A stretch of 64,000 nt of DNA from Saprospira grandis str. Lewin (GCF_000250635.1 NC_016940.1:1096995-1160994); one strand, 5' to 3'; counted from the first letter of the stretch, positions 8,880 through 18,200 are shown. Numbers and translations are program-made. Notes: generated by a model not told the origin, from the sequence alone.

Positions 8880-9647
8880 ATGTCTACTACACCCAATTTA
8901 CTTGCCGTTAGCGAATACTTTTACAGCCTTCAGGGAGAGGGCCAAACGATGGGGGTGCCTGCCATTTTTCTCCGCCTCTCGGGCTGCAATCTCATTTGCG
9001 GGGGCAAAGGGGCCGAAAAAGACGGCCAATTGCATGATGGCGCTAGCTGGATTTGCGATACAATGGAGGTCTGGATGAAGGGCGAAAGTCTTCCCTTTGC
9101 CCAATTGCTGCAGCGCCTAGACGATGAGTTGCAGTTTAGCCAGCGCCTAAGCCAGGGGGTGCATTTGGTCATTACGGGAGGAGAACCGCTCTTACAAGAT
9201 AAGCGCATTGCGGCCTTTTTGGCCTTTTTAGAAGCAGAGCGGCAAGGACTTCGTCCTATTATTGAGGTAGAAACCAATGGTTGTTTTCTGCCCTCTGCTC
9301 CCCTATTAGAAAGAGTCAGTTACTGGAATTGTTCCCCAAAACTCCAAAACTCGGGCATGCCAGCAAAAAAACGCATTGTTCCTAAGGCCCTAAAGGGCTT
9401 GGCCCAAGAAGCTGGAACCATCTTTAAGTTTGTGATTGCCCAAGCCAGCGACTTTGAAGAAATACAAAGCGATTTCTTAGACAAAGGCCTCATCAAAAAG
9501 GAGCAATTGGTCCTTATGCCCGCTGCCGATAGCCTAGCCGCCTTGCTCGAACGCAATAAAATGGTGGCCGAAATTTGTATTCGGGAGCAAATTAGAATGT
9601 GTAGCCGCCTACATGTAGAAATTTGGGACCAACTAACAGGCGTTTAA
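8880..9647 (+). CDS. queE: 7-carboxy-7-deazaguanine synthase (radical SAM, queuosine pathway)
   Basis: N-terminus EYFYSLQGEGQTMGVPAIFLRLSGCNLIC...WICDT matches the QueE start. Cys spacing is unusual (C-x3-C-x18-C). Confidence 0.7.
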   Translation: MSTTPNLLAVSEYFYSLQGEGQTMGVPAIFLRLSGCNLICGGKGAEKDGQLHDGASWICDTMEVWMKGESLPFAQLLQRLDDELQFSQRLSQGVHLVITGGEPLLQDKRIAAFLAFLEAERQGLRPIIEVETNGCFLPSAPLLERVSYWNCSPKLQNSGMPAKKRIVPKALKGLAQEAGTIFKFVIAQASDFEEIQSDFLDKGLIKKEQLVLMPAADSLAALLERNKMVAEICIREQIRMCSRLHVEIWDQLTGV

Positions 9648-9694
9648 AAAAAATTGGCCCAGGGCGAGTCGGCCCTTTGGCCGAAGGCCAAACG

Positions 9695-9913
9695 GCCTAG
9701 CGATGTGCAGCAGTGGCCCGCAGGGCCAGACCGAGCCAGCTTGCTGGCGAAGGGCCGAGCGAACAGCGAGCTGCGAAACGTAGCGCCGACGAGCGAAGCG
9801 AGGCGGAGGCCCAAAAACAGCAGCGAGCTGCGAAACGACAACAAGCCCTTTAGGGCGCAGTTCGACGACCAAAGGGAGTAACCGCCTGCCGAAGACAGGA
9901 GGCCCCAAAAAAA
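9695..9913 (-). repeat. GC-rich modular intergenic repeat, copy 4 (reverse, long variant with the extra module)
   Basis: ggcctagcgatgtgcagcagtggcc...gagcgaagcgaggcggaggcccaaaaacagcagcgagctgcgaaacgacaacaagccctttagggcgcagttcgacgaccaaagggagtaaccgcctgccgaagacaggaggccccaaaaaaa. Confidence 0.85.
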
Positions 9914-9953
9914 TAGCCTCCTAGTCATGATATCTAGCAGGCTATTTCGGTAA

Positions 9954-10862
9954 CTATTGGCCAACTCCGCCAAAATCATCGTCAAAGGTATCTCCATTGC
10001 TGGGCTCATCTTGCTGTTCAAACTCTTGGCAGACCTCTGGTTTTTCGGCCAGCAGCCAGATGTCAATTCCGGCGCCCATACTGGCTCGAGAAGCGGCAGA
10101 AGGCGACTGTCGAACCACATAGGCATTCATAGTATCGATGATATTTGGGCCATAGCTCACCGTGCCCAGATAAAAGGCATTGCCCTTAATGATAAACTCG
10201 GCTTCTGAGAAGGTTTTGCAGCTCAGGTCGGGGACCAATTTTTTGCCGCTATCTTTTCCTTTATAGAGCTCTAGGTCTACCTTATCGCCTTGTTTGAGCT
10301 GATAAGGTTGCTTGGGTCGGCGTTCTCCCTTACTGGGGTCGGCCTCCTTAAAGATCAGGGTTTTATCTTTGGTATAAGCGGCGGCCACCGTATTTTCTCC
10401 GCCTCCATCTACATACTTCAGTTGGCCAATTTTTAGGCCGAGCGCCTTAAATTTCTTCTCGACAAAATTGAGCGGGCGGCCAATAATCTCATTATAATAA
10501 ATATTGACAGGGGGAGCGCTATTGGCGTTTACGGTCAGGTAGATGCTTCGGTTGGGCTTCACTCGGCTATTGGCCTCGGGGGATTGTTTGAGGATAATGC
10601 CAGGATTTCGTTTTGCGTTATAAATCGTATCGGTAACAACTAATCGGAGCTTTCGGCTTTTGAGTTGTCGCTCGGCATTTTTGACCGAAAGGCCCTTAAT
10701 ATCGGGTACTTCAATAGACTCATTATGGCGGGTGTAGGAGGGGAGAATGAGCCAAAAGAGCAGCACAAAGCTCAGCAGCGCAATGCCAATCATCATCCCC
10801 ATATTCTTGAGGAAGAGCTTAGAGCTTAGGAAATAGTATAAAAACTTAAAAAAAGATTTCAT
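9954..10862 (-). CDS. PASTA domain-containing membrane-anchored protein
   Basis: N-terminal TM segment followed by PASTA-like repeats (VPDIKGLSVKNAERQLKSRKLRLVV...; VPDLSCKTFSEAEFIIKGNAFYLGTV). Confidence 0.6.
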   Translation of the reverse strand: MKSFFKFLYYFLSSKLFLKNMGMMIGIALLSFVLLFWLILPSYTRHNESIEVPDIKGLSVKNAERQLKSRKLRLVVTDTIYNAKRNPGIILKQSPEANSRVKPNRSIYLTVNANSAPPVNIYYNEIIGRPLNFVEKKFKALGLKIGQLKYVDGGGENTVAAAYTKDKTLIFKEADPSKGERRPKQPYQLKQGDKVDLELYKGKDSGKKLVPDLSCKTFSEAEFIIKGNAFYLGTVSYGPNIIDTMNAYVVRQSPSAASRASMGAGIDIWLLAEKPEVCQEFEQQDEPSNGDTFDDDFGGVGQ

Positions 10863-11018
10863 GAGAATGAGGACTTAGAAGGTTTAAATCAGGCTCAAAA
10901 ATAGAACTTATTTTTGGTCCAGTCCAACTTTTTTCTTCCTTGTTTATCGGCCCAAAGAATCTGCCGGCCAACCAAAGCCCTACAAAATTGTTTTAGGAAA
11001 AATACTTATCTTGGCGGC

Positions 11019-11429
11019 ATGGCAAGAATAATGGCATTAGATTACGGAAAAAGACGCTCGGGTTTGGCCACCACCGACCCCCTGCAACTGATTGCTTCTC
11101 CACTTTGTACAGTGGCCACAGAGGAGCTATATGACTACCTTTGCAACTATTTGCAAGAGGAAGAGGTAGAGGCTTTGGTAGTGGGCCAAGTGCTGCAAAA
11201 AGATGGGCAGCCTGTCCCGCAAGAGGCCCAAATTTTGGATTTTATTGCAAAATTGCAAAAGCGCTTTCCCAACTTAGCGGTACACCGCCAAGACGAACAC
11301 TTTACCTCTCAGATGGCCAAAGAGGTCATCCGTTTTTCGGTCAAGAAAAAGAAAAAGCGCCAAGAAAAAGGCCTAGTCGACCAAGTAAGTGCCGCCATTA
11401 TCTTGCAAGAATATATGGGATTTCTTTAA
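11019..11429 (+). CDS. ruvX: Holliday-junction resolvase-like protein / pre-16S rRNA nuclease RuvX (YqgF)
   Basis: MARIMALDYGKRRSGLATTDP... matches the YqgF N-terminus (LDxGxKRxG), ~136 aa. The start is moved from the ORF-track 10914 to the ATG at 11019. Confidence 0.8.
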   Translation: MARIMALDYGKRRSGLATTDPLQLIASPLCTVATEELYDYLCNYLQEEEVEALVVGQVLQKDGQPVPQEAQILDFIAKLQKRFPNLAVHRQDEHFTSQMAKEVIRFSVKKKKKRQEKGLVDQVSAAIILQEYMGFL

Positions 11430-11466
11430 GAGGCTCGGCCTCCATTTGATTGATGTATACAACAGT

Positions 11467-12024
11467 ATGAAATTAGCAATTTATGCCTACGGGCATCCTG
11501 TCTTGCGCAAAGAGTGCCAAGAAATAGAAAACAACTCTAAGGGCCTAGAAGAGCTCATCGAAAACATGTGGGAAACCATGTACCATGCAGGTGGCATGGG
11601 GATTGCGGCCCCACAGGTGGGCCAAAGCCTTCGCCTCTTTTTGGTAGATACCCTACAACTAGATGAAGAAAAAAATGGCGAAAAAGGCCTGAAAGAGGTC
11701 TTTATCAACCCCATTATTATTGAGGAAGCTGGTAAGCCTTGGACCTATGAGGAGGGCTGCCTAAGTATTCCCAATATTCACGGAAAAGTGAAGCGAAAAG
11801 CCCAAGTTCGCATCGAATACTACGACCAAAACTTTGAGCTCAAAGAAAAGGTATTTGATGGCCTCAATGCTCGGGTCATCCAACATGAGTATGACCATAT
11901 CGAGGGGGTGCTATTTACCGATTACCTCTCGCCAATGAAGAAAAGAATGCTCAAAAAGCGGCTCGATAAAATTCAGACGGGCGATATCCCACGCCGCTAT
12001 AAAATGGTTTTTGCCCGCCGCTAA
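11467..12024 (+). CDS. def: Peptide deformylase
   Basis: All three Def motifs are present: GIAAPQVG, EGCLSIP, QHEYDHIEG. ~185 aa from the ATG at 11467. Confidence 0.9.
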   Translation: MKLAIYAYGHPVLRKECQEIENNSKGLEELIENMWETMYHAGGMGIAAPQVGQSLRLFLVDTLQLDEEKNGEKGLKEVFINPIIIEEAGKPWTYEEGCLSIPNIHGKVKRKAQVRIEYYDQNFELKEKVFDGLNARVIQHEYDHIEGVLFTDYLSPMKKRMLKKRLDKIQTGDIPRRYKMVFARR

Positions 12025-12040
12025 TCTAAAAAACGCCTCC

Positions 12041-12757
12041 CCAATGTTTGTACTCAGAATTGCTTGCTGCTTGTTTTTCTCTGCTCAGCTGATGGCTCAA
12101 ATGCCTAGAATTACCCTCTCTAAACAGGCGCAAACTACACAAGCCAAAACACAAAATAATCAAGCTACCCTCAAAATGGGCCTGCTCAAATATAAAGGGG
12201 GCGGAGATTGGTACGCCAACCCCACCGCACTGCCCAATTTGGCCAGCTTTTGCAAGCAAAAACTCTATAGCAATTTCGAGCTAGATTATGCCACCGTAGA
12301 TGTAGCTAGCGCCGAAATCTTTGATTACGCCTTTCTCCACATGACGGGCCACGGAAATGTCGTTTTCTCAGATGCCGAAGCCGAAAACCTCAGAACCTAT
12401 CTGATCTCTGGCGGCTTTTTGCATATCGACGATAATTATGGCATGGACCCTTTTATCCGCCCAGCCATGAAAAAGGTCTTTCCCGAACTAGATTTTGTGG
12501 AGCTGCCCTACGACCACCCTATTTATAATATGAATTATAAGTTTAAAGGCGGTATTCCCAAAATCCATAAGCATGACGATAAGCCCGCTCAGGGTTTTGC
12601 CTTGCTCTGGGAGGGCCGAGTGGTTTGCTACTATAGCTATGAAACGGATTTAGGCGATGGTTGGGAGGACCAAGAGGTCCATAACGACCCCGAAGAAAAA
12701 CGCTTGCTTTCTTTGCAAATGGGGGCCAATTTGGTCCAATACGCTTTTGAGTATTAA
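12041..12757 (+). CDS. DUF4159-like secreted protein
   Basis: Signal peptide MFVLRIACCLFFSAQLMAQ. YKGGGDWYANPTALPNL and LHMTGHGNVVFSDAEAENLRTYLISGGFLHIDDNYGMD resemble DUF4159 as recalled. An alternative start at 12011 overlaps def. Confidence 0.5.
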   Translation, partial: PMFVLRIACCLFFSAQLMAQMPRITLSKQAQTTQAKTQNNQATLKMGLLKYKGGGDWYANPTALPNLASFCKQKLYSNFELDYATVDVASAEIFDYAFLHMTGHGNVVFSDAEAENLRTYLISGGFLHIDDNYGMDPFIRPAMKKVFPELDFVELPYDHPIYNMNYKFKGGIPKIHKHDDKPAQGFALLWEGRVVCYYSYETDLGDGWEDQEVHNDPEEKRLLSLQMGANLVQYAFEY

Positions 12758-12767
12758 AGCCATAAAT

Positions 12768-12800
12768 TAGCTACTGGAATCTATTTCAGTAGCTTTTTTA
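12768..12800 (+). terminator. Rho-independent terminator after the DUF4159 gene
   Basis: tagctactg-gaatctatttc-agtagct stem-loop followed by tttttta. Confidence 0.6.
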
Positions 12801-12948
12801 TTTGGGGCTGCCCCGCCCTGCGGGCGGGTCGGGCTGTCTCAGGGCTCGCAGGTCTGCTCGGCCCTTCAGCGGCTTTGCCGCTTCGGTCTGGCCTTCGGCC
12901 ACCCTTGCCCATCCCTCAGCCAGGGCGCTTCGCGCCCTCTAGGTCCAA
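12800..12948 (+). repeat. GC-rich modular intergenic repeat, copy 5 (forward, head variant B: gggctgccccgccctgcgggcgggtcgggctgt...)
   Basis: tttggggctgccccgccctgcgggcgggtcgggctgtctcagggctcgcaggtctgctcggcccttcagcggctttgccgcttcggtctggccttcggccacccttgcccatccctcagccagggcgcttcgcgccct. Confidence 0.85.
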
Positions 12949-12986
12949 AAAAAGGGCGAGCTAGATAAATCTAGCTCGCCCTTTTG
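12947..12986. terminator. Bidirectional terminator serving the TolC gene on the minus strand
   Basis: gggcgagctagat-aaat-ctagctcgccc 13-bp stem, with A7 on one side and ttttg on the other. Confidence 0.7.
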
Positions 12987-13005
12987 AGTTGCTTTTTGCC
13001 ACCAC

Positions 13006-14391
13006 TTACCAATTGCTGGCCCACTGCCAAGCTATGCGGCTCTTAATGTAGTTGTAACGCAACTTTAGGGCCTTCAATTGGGCCTCTACATATTGCTGCT
13101 GTCGAGTATTGACAATAAATATATCCGACTCGCCCAGCATAAATTTTTCTCTTTCCGCTACCACCAATCTGCGGTAATTCTCTACTAGTTCATCGGCCAA
13201 TTGGGCCTGCTCTACCGCCTGCTGTAGGGCCATAAAATAGCTTTTGAGCTTGGTCTGTAAATCTCTTTGCTTAAAGCGATATTTGAAGTCCAGCTTCTGC
13301 TGCTTCAGCCGATTGAGGGCCAAATCACCTCGGGCGCTGCGCATCAAAATAGGATGCTCGAGCTGTACGCCCAATTTATAATACTCCAAAGGACTCCCTT
13401 GGCCAAATTGCAGACTTTCTCCAGCCAAAAAGTTATACTTCAACTTAATTTTGGGCAATAATTTATTGGCCTTTAAGCGCTCTTCTAGCTCCAAGCCCTG
13501 CTGCTGAAAAGCATAGCTTTGTAGCTCGGGCTGCTGCTCCAAACGGGCCAACAAGCCCTCCAAATCACTACTATCTAAGGGGGTTAGAGGCAAGGCCAAA
13601 ATAGATTGAGCCAAACTGCCCAAGGGCAAACTCTTTTCTTCTAGCTCTTCCCCCCAAAGATGCCGCTCTACCTTTAAGGCCGCTTGCTCACTAGCCAAAC
13701 GCGCCTCCAATTGCTTGAGGCCAGCATCCTGCCACTGAATAAAGCCCTTTAAGGTGTCTATGGCCGCAATGTCTCCCTGCAAAAAACGGTCGCGCAACTG
13801 CGACAATTGTGTAGCCTGAATTTCTCGGTTTTCTTCATAAACAGCCAAACAGGCCTGCTTGTAGGACCAGCCCCAATAGTCTGCAGAAATATCATAGAGC
13901 AATTGGTTAATTTGGGCCAATTGCTCGGCCTGATTCTGCGATTGAAGCAATTTTGCCTGCCGAATTGCATTGCGGCGCTCGTTCTGTATCAATCCATTGA
14001 GAATGGGGACCTCTACACCCAAAAAAGCCTGCCCCGCCGCTGGCAACTGATCGGCCGGATTGAGGTAGTAACCCTCTGCCAAACGATAACCCGCCTGAAG
14101 GTTAATGCCCCAAATGCTAGGCAGTTGCAAGTAGCTTTCAAAAATATCATAATATTCCTTGCTCTTAAATTGCTTTTGGTCCCATTTGGCCATCAACTTA
14201 GGGTCTAGCCCTCCCCTAGCCTTACGCAACTCCGCCTCGGCCGTCTGCTCCAAAAGCTGAATTTGTCGACTCAAGGGATGGTAAAGCTTTGCATTTTCTA
14301 TAAGACTTTGGTAGCTCAGGCTGTCTTGTGCCCGAAGCGGAAAAAGCAGCAGCAAAAGGGCCGCCGCTAAAAAAAAGGATTTCAACGACAT
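13006..14391 (-). CDS. TolC-family outer membrane efflux protein
   Basis: Signal peptide MSLKSFFLAAALLLLLFPLRAQ. ~460 aa with two-repeat coiled-coil/beta architecture. Sits immediately downstream of the HlyD-family gene. Confidence 0.7.
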   Translation of the reverse strand: MSLKSFFLAAALLLLLFPLRAQDSLSYQSLIENAKLYHPLSRQIQLLEQTAEAELRKARGGLDPKLMAKWDQKQFKSKEYYDIFESYLQLPSIWGINLQAGYRLAEGYYLNPADQLPAAGQAFLGVEVPILNGLIQNERRNAIRQAKLLQSQNQAEQLAQINQLLYDISADYWGWSYKQACLAVYEENREIQATQLSQLRDRFLQGDIAAIDTLKGFIQWQDAGLKQLEARLASEQAALKVERHLWGEELEEKSLPLGSLAQSILALPLTPLDSSDLEGLLARLEQQPELQSYAFQQQGLELEERLKANKLLPKIKLKYNFLAGESLQFGQGSPLEYYKLGVQLEHPILMRSARGDLALNRLKQQKLDFKYRFKQRDLQTKLKSYFMALQQAVEQAQLADELVENYRRLVVAEREKFMLGESDIFIVNTRQQQYVEAQLKALKLRYNYIKSRIAWQWASNW

Positions 14392-14393
14392 GC

Positions 14394-15824
14394 TTATTTT
14401 TTGAGCTGATTGACAGGAGCTTTCATTTTTACTTTTTCATAGTTGATTTCGTAGTAATCTGGCGGGAAACCATTGAGCTGCCGCCAAACTTCATAGCCCA
14501 AATAAACATCTTTGAGCAAAATTCGAGCTTCTGCCGCTGCGCCCACCCGCAAGCCCTTGGGCCAATCTTTGGCCGCATAGGGATCCGGAATCACCAAGGC
14601 TCTAAACATAGAGTTATCACTTACGGCATTATCTACCGCATAGACCTTTCCTTTAAAGGTACCTACCGACTGATTGGGCCAGCCCGCAAAAACAAAGGCC
14701 GGCCAACCATCAAAGGTAAAGATGACTGTCTCCCCTTTCTGAAGTAGGGGGTAATCCATTGGCCGCACATATATTTCTACAGCAGGGGGAGGCGAAAGTG
14801 GTGCCACCGCAAGCAATTGCTCCGTTTCTTTCAAGGTCTCGCCAATTCCCTTTTTATAAATCTTAGAGACAAAGCCATCCTGAGGGGCCAAAATGTAGTA
14901 AAACTGCTGCCGATTCTGATAATTGGCCTTGGTGTTTTTCAACTTGGCCACTTTTTCTTGGCTGTCAAAACCCGCCGTCAAAGCCGAAAGACGATCCGAC
15001 TCCGCCTTGGCCAATTTATCGCCATAATCTGCCCGAATGCTATTGAGTGCAATTTTAGCATTGAGGTATTCATTTTTTGATAGCTCTAGCTTATTTTCTG
15101 CTGCATTCAGCTTGGCCTCCGTTTCTTGCATTTTATTGCGCTTGCCCTCCCATTCGGTCAATGATTTTAGGCCCTTCTGATAAAGCGTATCGGTCCGAAA
15201 AAATTGCTTTTCTGCAATGTTTTGGGCCATTTTGGCCGCCTCCAACTTTGCACTATCCGAGGCAATCTTAAATTTGGCCTGCTTGAGCTTGTTTTCCGCC
15301 TGCTCCAACTTGAGCTGCTGCGCCTCTCGCAACAAGCGAATACGCTGCGCCAAAGCCTCCGCCTTCTGCTGATAAGATACCACAGAAGAAGATTTAGCCA
15401 CCAACTGCTCATCGGTCCGCTGTACTAGCTCAGGGTCCATATAGGCGACCTTAATTTCCGATAAACGCACCAGTGTATCTCCCGCATGCACCGTATCGCC
15501 TTCCTGCACATACCATTGCTCAATCCGCCCCGGAATAATCGGGTAAACCGACTGAGGCCGATCTTCTGGCCGCAAAGAAGTCACTTTTCCCTTGGCCCGT
15601 ATGTTCTGCGTCCAAGGCAAAAAAGCCATAGAAAACAAGAGAATAAAGAGCGACAATAAGGTATAGAGCAACCAACGCCTACTCTTGGGCGTACTCACCT
15701 TCTTAAAGGCGGGATATTGCTTAATCCGCTGAATAGGCAGCGAATCGCTAGGAGAAATGTTGAGCATATAAGGGTTATTGTTTTTTGTAGATGGCAATTG
15801 TTTGCAAACTAACCATAAATACAA
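14394..15824 (-). CDS. HlyD-family membrane fusion / secretion protein
   Basis: N-terminal TM, long coiled-coil (LKQAKFKIASDSAKLEAAKMAQNIAEKQF...), C-terminal beta domain. A 3-nt gap to TolC suggests one operon. Confidence 0.7.
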   Translation of the reverse strand: MYLWLVCKQLPSTKNNNPYMLNISPSDSLPIQRIKQYPAFKKVSTPKSRRWLLYTLLSLFILLFSMAFLPWTQNIRAKGKVTSLRPEDRPQSVYPIIPGRIEQWYVQEGDTVHAGDTLVRLSEIKVAYMDPELVQRTDEQLVAKSSSVVSYQQKAEALAQRIRLLREAQQLKLEQAENKLKQAKFKIASDSAKLEAAKMAQNIAEKQFFRTDTLYQKGLKSLTEWEGKRNKMQETEAKLNAAENKLELSKNEYLNAKIALNSIRADYGDKLAKAESDRLSALTAGFDSQEKVAKLKNTKANYQNRQQFYYILAPQDGFVSKIYKKGIGETLKETEQLLAVAPLSPPPAVEIYVRPMDYPLLQKGETVIFTFDGWPAFVFAGWPNQSVGTFKGKVYAVDNAVSDNSMFRALVIPDPYAAKDWPKGLRVGAAAEARILLKDVYLGYEVWRQLNGFPPDYYEINYEKVKMKAPVNQLKK

Positions 15825-15975
15825 AATAAGGTTGAATTTCTATGGGGATATTAGTTTTTTTTAACAGCCTTTTCTCTGCCCGATGGCCTTAGGCTAAATT
15901 TGTGGCTTCCGCAAAAAGGCCCTATCTTTGGCAGCGATAATTTTGATCAAAAAATCGAGAATTGCGCATTCAGCT

Positions 15976-16605
15976 ATGAAAAAACCTTATGTTATAGGGA
16001 TTACCGGGGGAAGTGGCTCGGGCAAAACCACTTTTTTATCTGCTTTAGAACAAGAATTTGGCAAAGAGCAAATTTGTATCCTCTCGGCGGACCACTACTA
16101 CCGCCCCAGAGAAGAACAAAAAGCCGATGAACAGGGGGTCCTCAATTTTGACCTCCCCTCTTCCATCAATGCCGAAGAACTAGAGCGAGATGTCCGCCAG
16201 CTGATTGCAGGCCAAGATATAGAACGAAAGGAATATACCTTCAATAATCCTTTGGTCCAACCCAAAATGCTTAAATTTAAGGCGGCGCCCATCCTTATTT
16301 TAGAGGGTATTTTTGTCTTTCACTATCCTCAAGTCGCCGACCTGATCGACCTCAAGGTCTTTCTCTACACTAGCGAGTCTACGGCCCTTTCTCGCCGGAT
16401 CAAGCGGGACCGCATTGAGCGCAATTATCCCCTAGAAGATGTGCTTTACCGCTATGAGCATCATGTGATGCCCACCTACCGACAGTATATTGCGCCCATT
16501 AAGGAGCAGGCCGATTTGCTCATCAATAATAACCATAAGTTTGATGCTGGCCTTCAGGTCTTTAAGGGCTTTATCAATAATTATCTGCAAGAAGTAGAGG
16601 ATTAA
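15976..16605 (+). CDS. udk: Uridine kinase
   Basis: MKKPYVIGITGGSGSGKTTF P-loop start and ~209 aa. Start moved to the ATG at 15976. Confidence 0.8.
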   Translation: MKKPYVIGITGGSGSGKTTFLSALEQEFGKEQICILSADHYYRPREEQKADEQGVLNFDLPSSINAEELERDVRQLIAGQDIERKEYTFNNPLVQPKMLKFKAAPILILEGIFVFHYPQVADLIDLKVFLYTSESTALSRRIKRDRIERNYPLEDVLYRYEHHVMPTYRQYIAPIKEQADLLINNNHKFDAGLQVFKGFINNYLQEVED

Positions 16606-16608
16606 GTT

Positions 16609-16771
16609 TTTTTGGGGCCTGCGGGCCCCTTTTGCCTTGCTGCGCTGCGGCAAGGGCCCGCCGGGCTGTTGCGGGGCTCGCCGGGCTGTTGCGGGGCTCG
16701 CAGCGCTGCTCGGCCCTTCAGCGCTGCGCGCTTCGGTCTGGCCTGCGGCCACCCCTACACATCCCTAGGCC
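16609..16771 (+). repeat. GC-rich modular intergenic repeat, copy 6 (forward, with an internal 20-bp tandem duplication gccgggctgttgcggggctc x2)
   Basis: tttttggggcctgcgggcccc...gccgggctgttgcggggctcgccgggctgttgcggggctcgcagcgctgctcggcccttcagcgctgcgcgcttcggtctggcctgcggccacccctacacatccctaggcc. Confidence 0.85.
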
Positions 16772-16817
16772 GGGGCCATTTTTTTCAGGCTGCTCTTTAC
16801 TCCCCAACCCTTTGCCC

Positions 16818-18032
16818 ATGTTTTCACGCCTTTTTTCTGCTCCGCCCTCGGCCTTTTCGGCTGTTAGTACCTTGATTGTCAAAGTGACTTATCGCTGCAA
16901 TTTAGATTGTTTGTATTGCTATGAGAAAGTAAGCAAAACGGGCCAAGATATGTCTATTGAGCAGTTTAAAGAGCTGGTAGATTTGAGTTTGGGCCAAACT
17001 TCTTCTCCTCAACTCACTTTTCTTTTTCATGGGGGCGAGCCTACCCTCTTGCCCATTCCTTGGTATGAGGAGGGCCTAGATTATGCCTTGAGCCAGGCCA
17101 AAAAATGGGGAAAAACGGTTCATTTTGCCATGCAAAGCAATTTGGTCCGTCTAAAAGAGGAGTATATTCAGTTATTTCAGCGCTATAAGATAGCCTTGGG
17201 GGTGAGTTTGGACCAGCCCGTTTTCCTGCTAGACGACAGCCAGCGAGGAGGCGAGACCAAGGTCTTCAAGAACTTTAAACGCCTACAGGCCGCCAAGGTC
17301 AAAGCGGGGGTTTTGGCCACCATCAACAGCAGCAACTACCCCAACTTTTATACCCTTTGCGAATGGCTGTGGAGCGAGGCCAAGCAGCGCTCTTTTAAGG
17401 CCAATGTGGTCACGCCAGTGGGGGCTGCCCATGGGCAGCCCCCACTGCAGGCCGAGCAAATTTTTATGGCCCAAAAAGCCATTATTGATTATATGATAGC
17501 GACCCAAGGACAGGCACTCATAGAGAGTAATATTGCCTTAGAGTTGGGCCGTTATTTTGAGCCAGAGCAAGCGCAAAGCACCCTTTGCCATGAAAAAACC
17601 TGTGGGGCGGGCCGTTCGGCTTTGGGGATTACGCCAGAGGGGCATTTGTTGCCTTGTGGGCGCTTTGCTTGGAACGAGCCGGCTTACTATTTGGGCCATC
17701 TTTCTGAGCAGCGACAAGCCAGCCGAAAAGAAAAAAAGCAATTGGCCCAGAAAATTGCCGACTTTCATGCGCAAAAGCCAGAAAACTGGTACGATTGCGA
17801 AAGTTGTCCCGCCCAAAAAGTCTGCGGTTATGGCTGTCAGGCCTTCATTCTCCGCTCCGAGGAGCAAGCCAATTTGGACTGCCTGCCGACCAAAATGCGC
17901 TTTGCCTATTATCAGGAAAAAGAAGTGGCTTTAAAGGCTGTTTTTGACAACATCCAAAAGCGGCAGGCGGGTCCCAGTCGCCAATTTCGGATTAAGGACC
18001 AAAACGGGCAATGGAAAAGCTACAAACTTTAG
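16818..18032 (+). CDS. Radical SAM enzyme with a C-terminal SPASM domain (AnSME / peptide-maturase-like)
   Basis: CNLDCLYC (CX3CX2C) near the N-terminus and the SPASM motif CESCPAQKVCGYGC near the C-terminus. The ORF-track start at 16632 lies in repeat copy 6, so the start is moved to the ATG at 16818 (MFSRLF...). Confidence 0.7.
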   Translation: MFSRLFSAPPSAFSAVSTLIVKVTYRCNLDCLYCYEKVSKTGQDMSIEQFKELVDLSLGQTSSPQLTFLFHGGEPTLLPIPWYEEGLDYALSQAKKWGKTVHFAMQSNLVRLKEEYIQLFQRYKIALGVSLDQPVFLLDDSQRGGETKVFKNFKRLQAAKVKAGVLATINSSNYPNFYTLCEWLWSEAKQRSFKANVVTPVGAAHGQPPLQAEQIFMAQKAIIDYMIATQGQALIESNIALELGRYFEPEQAQSTLCHEKTCGAGRSALGITPEGHLLPCGRFAWNEPAYYLGHLSEQRQASRKEKKQLAQKIADFHAQKPENWYDCESCPAQKVCGYGCQAFILRSEEQANLDCLPTKMRFAYYQEKEVALKAVFDNIQKRQAGPSRQFRIKDQNGQWKSYKL

Positions 18033-18069
18033 GCGGGCCGAAGAACAGCCTTTAGCCTGAAAAAGGGAG

Positions 18070-18200
18070 ATGAGCGGCCCAGCGCTGCGCAGCGGTGGCC
18101 GCAGGCCAGACCCAGCGGGCGAAGCCCGCGCAGGGCCGAGCAGACCTGCGAGCCGCGGAGCATAGCGGCGGCCAGCGAAGCTGGCCGCGGGCCCCAAAAC
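18070..18200 (-). repeat. GC-rich modular intergenic repeat, copy 7 (reverse)
   Basis: cggcccagcgctgcgcagcggtggccgcaggccagaccc...gggccgagcagacctgcgagccgcggagcatagcggcggccagcgaagctggccgcgggccccaaaa. Confidence 0.85.

Noticed and set aside
8711-9908. ORFs 8711..8911, 9633..9908, 9654..9881, 9644..10126
   Set aside because: Repeat copies 3 and 4 in different frames, or antisense to the PASTA gene. They are not independent genes.
11141-11449. ORF 11141..11449 (102 aa) overlapping ruvX in another frame
   Set aside because: Alternative frame of a confidently identified gene. The translation is Gly/Arg-rich nonsense.
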